Below, piece after piece: positions 61,426 through 64,000 of a stretch of 64,000 nucleotides of DNA (its first letter is position 1; every line of letters starts with the position of its first letter). The notes under the pieces are model-generated. The model searched no databases and was not told the DNA's origin. It saw only the letters and a program-made list of their open reading frames with translations. Both the position numbers and the translations under genes were made by a program. The stretch is from the human T2T-CHM13v2.0 reference genome, Homo sapiens: NCBI RefSeq assembly GCF_009914755.1, contig NC_060937.1; one strand, written 5' to 3'.

Positions 61426-64000
61426 TATATACTGTACATAAAAAATGAAAGTAACAAAACATTTATAATAAACTGTACATAAAATATCAAAGTACTCAAA
61501 CTATATATCATATACTGTACATAAAATATCAAAGTACCCAAACTGTGTATTATTATATACTGTATATAAAATATCAAAGTACCTGAAATATATACTGTAT
61601 ACTGTACATAAAATATCAAAGTACCCAAAATATATACTATATACTGTACATAAAATATGAAGGTACATCAAATATATATTATATCCTGTACATAAAATAT
61701 CAAAGTACACCTATTATATATTGTGTACTGTACATAATATATTAAATCGCCCAAATATATATTGTATACTGTATATAAAATATGAAGGTACTTCAAATAT
61801 ATATTATATGCTGCACATAAAATATCAAAGTACCCAAAGAATGCATTACATACTGTACATAAAATATCAAAATACACATGTTATCTATTATATAATGTAC
61901 ATAAAATATGAAGGTTCATCAAATATATATTATATTCTGTACATAATATATCAAAGTACATCAAATATATATTATATACTGTACATAAAATATCAAAGTA
62001 CCAAAAATATGTATTATATACTGTACATAAAACATGAAAGTAACCAAACATTTATAATAAACTGTACATAAAATATCAAAGTACTCAATCTACATATTAT
62101 ATACAGTATATAAAATATCAAAGTACACAAACTGTATATTATATACTGTACATAATATATCAAAGTACCCAGAATATATAGCATACTGTACATACAATAT
62201 CAAAGTACCCAGAATGTATATTGTATTCTGTACATAAAATATGAATGTACATCAAAGATATATTATATTCTGTACATAAAATATCAAAGTACACCAAATA
62301 TATATTATATGCTGTACATAATATATTAAAGTTGCCCATGCATACATTTTATACTGTACATAAAATATGAAGGTACATCAAATATATAGTATATGCTGCA
62401 CATAAAATATCAAAGTACCCAAAGTATGTATTATATACTGTACATAAAATATCAAAGTACCAAAAGTATATATTACCTACTGTAAATAAAATATGAAGAT
62501 ACCTCAAATATATATTATATTCTGTACATGAAATATCAAAGTACACCAAGTATATACTATATAGTCTACATAAAATATTAAATTACCCAAAATATGTATT
62601 GTATTGTGTACATAAAATATGAAAGTAACCAAACATTTATAATAAACTGTACATAAAATATCAAAGTACTCAAACTTTATATTATATACTGTACATAAAG
62701 TATCAAAGTACCCAAACTGTGTAGTATATACTGTACATAAAATATCAAGGTACCCAAAATGTATATTGTAAACTGTAGATAAAATATCAAAGTACCCAAA
62801 ATATATATTATATACTGTACATAAAATATGAAGGCTCATCCAATATATATTATATTCTGTACATAAAATATCAAAGTACACCAAATGTATATTATATACT
62901 GTACATAAAATATAAAACTACCCCAAATATATCTTATATACTCTACATAAAATATCAAAGTACCCAAAATATATATTATATACTGTACATAAAATATCAA
63001 AGTACCCATAGTATGTATTATATCCTGTACATAAAATATGAAGGTACATCAAATATATATTCTATTCTGCACATAAAATATCATATTGCACCAAATATAT
63101 ATTGTATACTGTATATAAAATATGAAGGTACTTCAAATATATATTATATGCTGCACATAAAATATCAAAGTACCCAAAGTATGCATTATATACTGTACAT
63201 AAAATATCAAAGTACCCAAAGTGTATATTATATACTGTACATAAAATATGAAGGTTCATCAAATATATTTTATATTCTGCACATAATATATCAAAGTACA
63301 GCAAATATATATTATATACTGTACATAAAATATCAAAGTACCCAAAATATGTATTATATACTGTACATAAAATATGAAAGTAACCAAACATTTATAATAA
63401 ACTGTACATAAAATATCAAAGTACTCAAACTACATATTATATACAGTATATAAAATGTCAAAGTACCCAAACTGTATATTATATACTGTACATAATATAT
63501 CAAAGTACCCGAATATATAGCATACTGTACATAAAATATCAAAGTACCCAAAATATATATTGTATACTGTACATAAAATATGAAGGTACATCAAAGATAT
63601 ATTATATTCTGTACATAAAATATCAAAGTACACCAAATATATATTATATGCTGTACAGAATATATTAAAGTCGACCAAATATATATTATATACTGTACAT
63701 AAAATATGAAGGTACATCAAATATATATTATATGCTGCACATAAAATATCAAAGTACCCAAAGTATGTATTATATACTGTACATAAAATATCAAAGTACC
63801 CAAAGTATATATTATATACTGTACATAAAATATAAAATACCCCAAATATATATTATATCCTGTACATAAAATATCAAAGTACCCAAAATATATATTGTAA
63901 ATTGTACATAAAATATCAAAGTAGCCAAAATATATATTGTATACTGTACATAAAATATGAAGGTACATCAAATATATATTATATCCTGTACATAAAATAT
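61426..64000 (+). repeat. HOR unit U22 (partial): type B, sister of U2
   Basis: Matches ~3950-6309 at offset 57691, including the rare variants ATACACATGTTATC, TAGTCTACAT, AGGCTCATCC and GTAAATTGTAC. Confidence 0.83.

Larger units (their letters stand above)
1..64000 (+). repeat. HSat1A (SAR, classical human satellite I) 42-bp tandem array
   Basis: CTGTACATAAAATATCAAAGTACCCAAAATATATATTATATA recurs every ~42 bp from end to end. Two GTAC sites per monomer give the 17+25 bp RsaI pieces described for satellite I. The consensus is 34/42 A+T (21A, 13T, 6C, 2G). No unique sequence or strand switch was seen. The family call is by recognition of the consensus and implies human or great ape pericentromeric/acrocentric heterochromatin. 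Confidence 0.96.

Noticed and set aside
267-63971. Hundreds of 60-201 aa ORFs rich in Y/I/F/C (e.g. FGYFDILCTVYNIY repeats)
   Set aside because: 42 is divisible by 3, so stop-free frames of the monomer translate into 14-aa repeats. The ORFs overlap in three frames on both strands, end at random substitutions or odd-length monomers, and show no recognisable domain.
1-64000. CRISPR-like alternation of a conserved part and a variable part
   Set aside because: The variable parts are point variants of one consensus that recur in every HOR, not unique spacers. No cas genes or leader are present.
1-64000. Alpha satellite, HSat2/3, HSat1B or telomeric repeat
   Set aside because: There is no 171-bp period, no CATTC/GGAAT pentamers, no Alu-derived segment and no TTAGGG.
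1-64000. Inversion or transposon insertion within the array
   Set aside because: Orientation appears constant throughout, and all unit lengths are accounted for by monomer gains or losses and indels of 10 bp or less, leaving no room for foreign sequence.
1-64000. TATA boxes or bacterial -10 elements (TATATAA, TATAAT)
   Set aside because: These are expected in ~80% AT repeats, and there is no supporting promoter context.
1-64000. Assignment to a specific chromosome
   Set aside because: The ~3.0/6.3-kb periods suggest an acrocentric short-arm array from memory, but this needs alignment to a T2T assembly.

Overview
The whole 64 kb window is one uninterrupted, single-orientation tandem array of a 42-bp AT-rich satellite. 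The consensus is ACATAAAATATCAAAGT + ACCCAAAATATATATTATATACTGT, the 17+25 bp RsaI (GTAC) dimer of human classical satellite 1A (HSat1A/SAR), and the window holds about 1,500 monomers. I see no genes, RNA genes, transposons or CRISPR array. The ORF track is an artefact of a 42-bp period, which translates into 14-aa repeats. The real structure is hierarchical: 42-bp monomers form subunits of 6-18 monomers, each opened by a 41-bp CATTTATAATAAA monomer. These build higher-order repeats (HORs) of two types, A (72 monomers, 3013 bp) and B (79 monomers, 3307 bp), and four HOR units recur as a ~10.38-kb super-repeat. All 21 complete HOR lengths can be explained by whole-monomer gains or losses plus a few small indels. 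Two speculative features deserve testing: a Pumilio element (TGTACATA) in most monomers on one strand, and substitutions that repeatedly perfect local palindromes. I cannot support a novel protein-coding system here.
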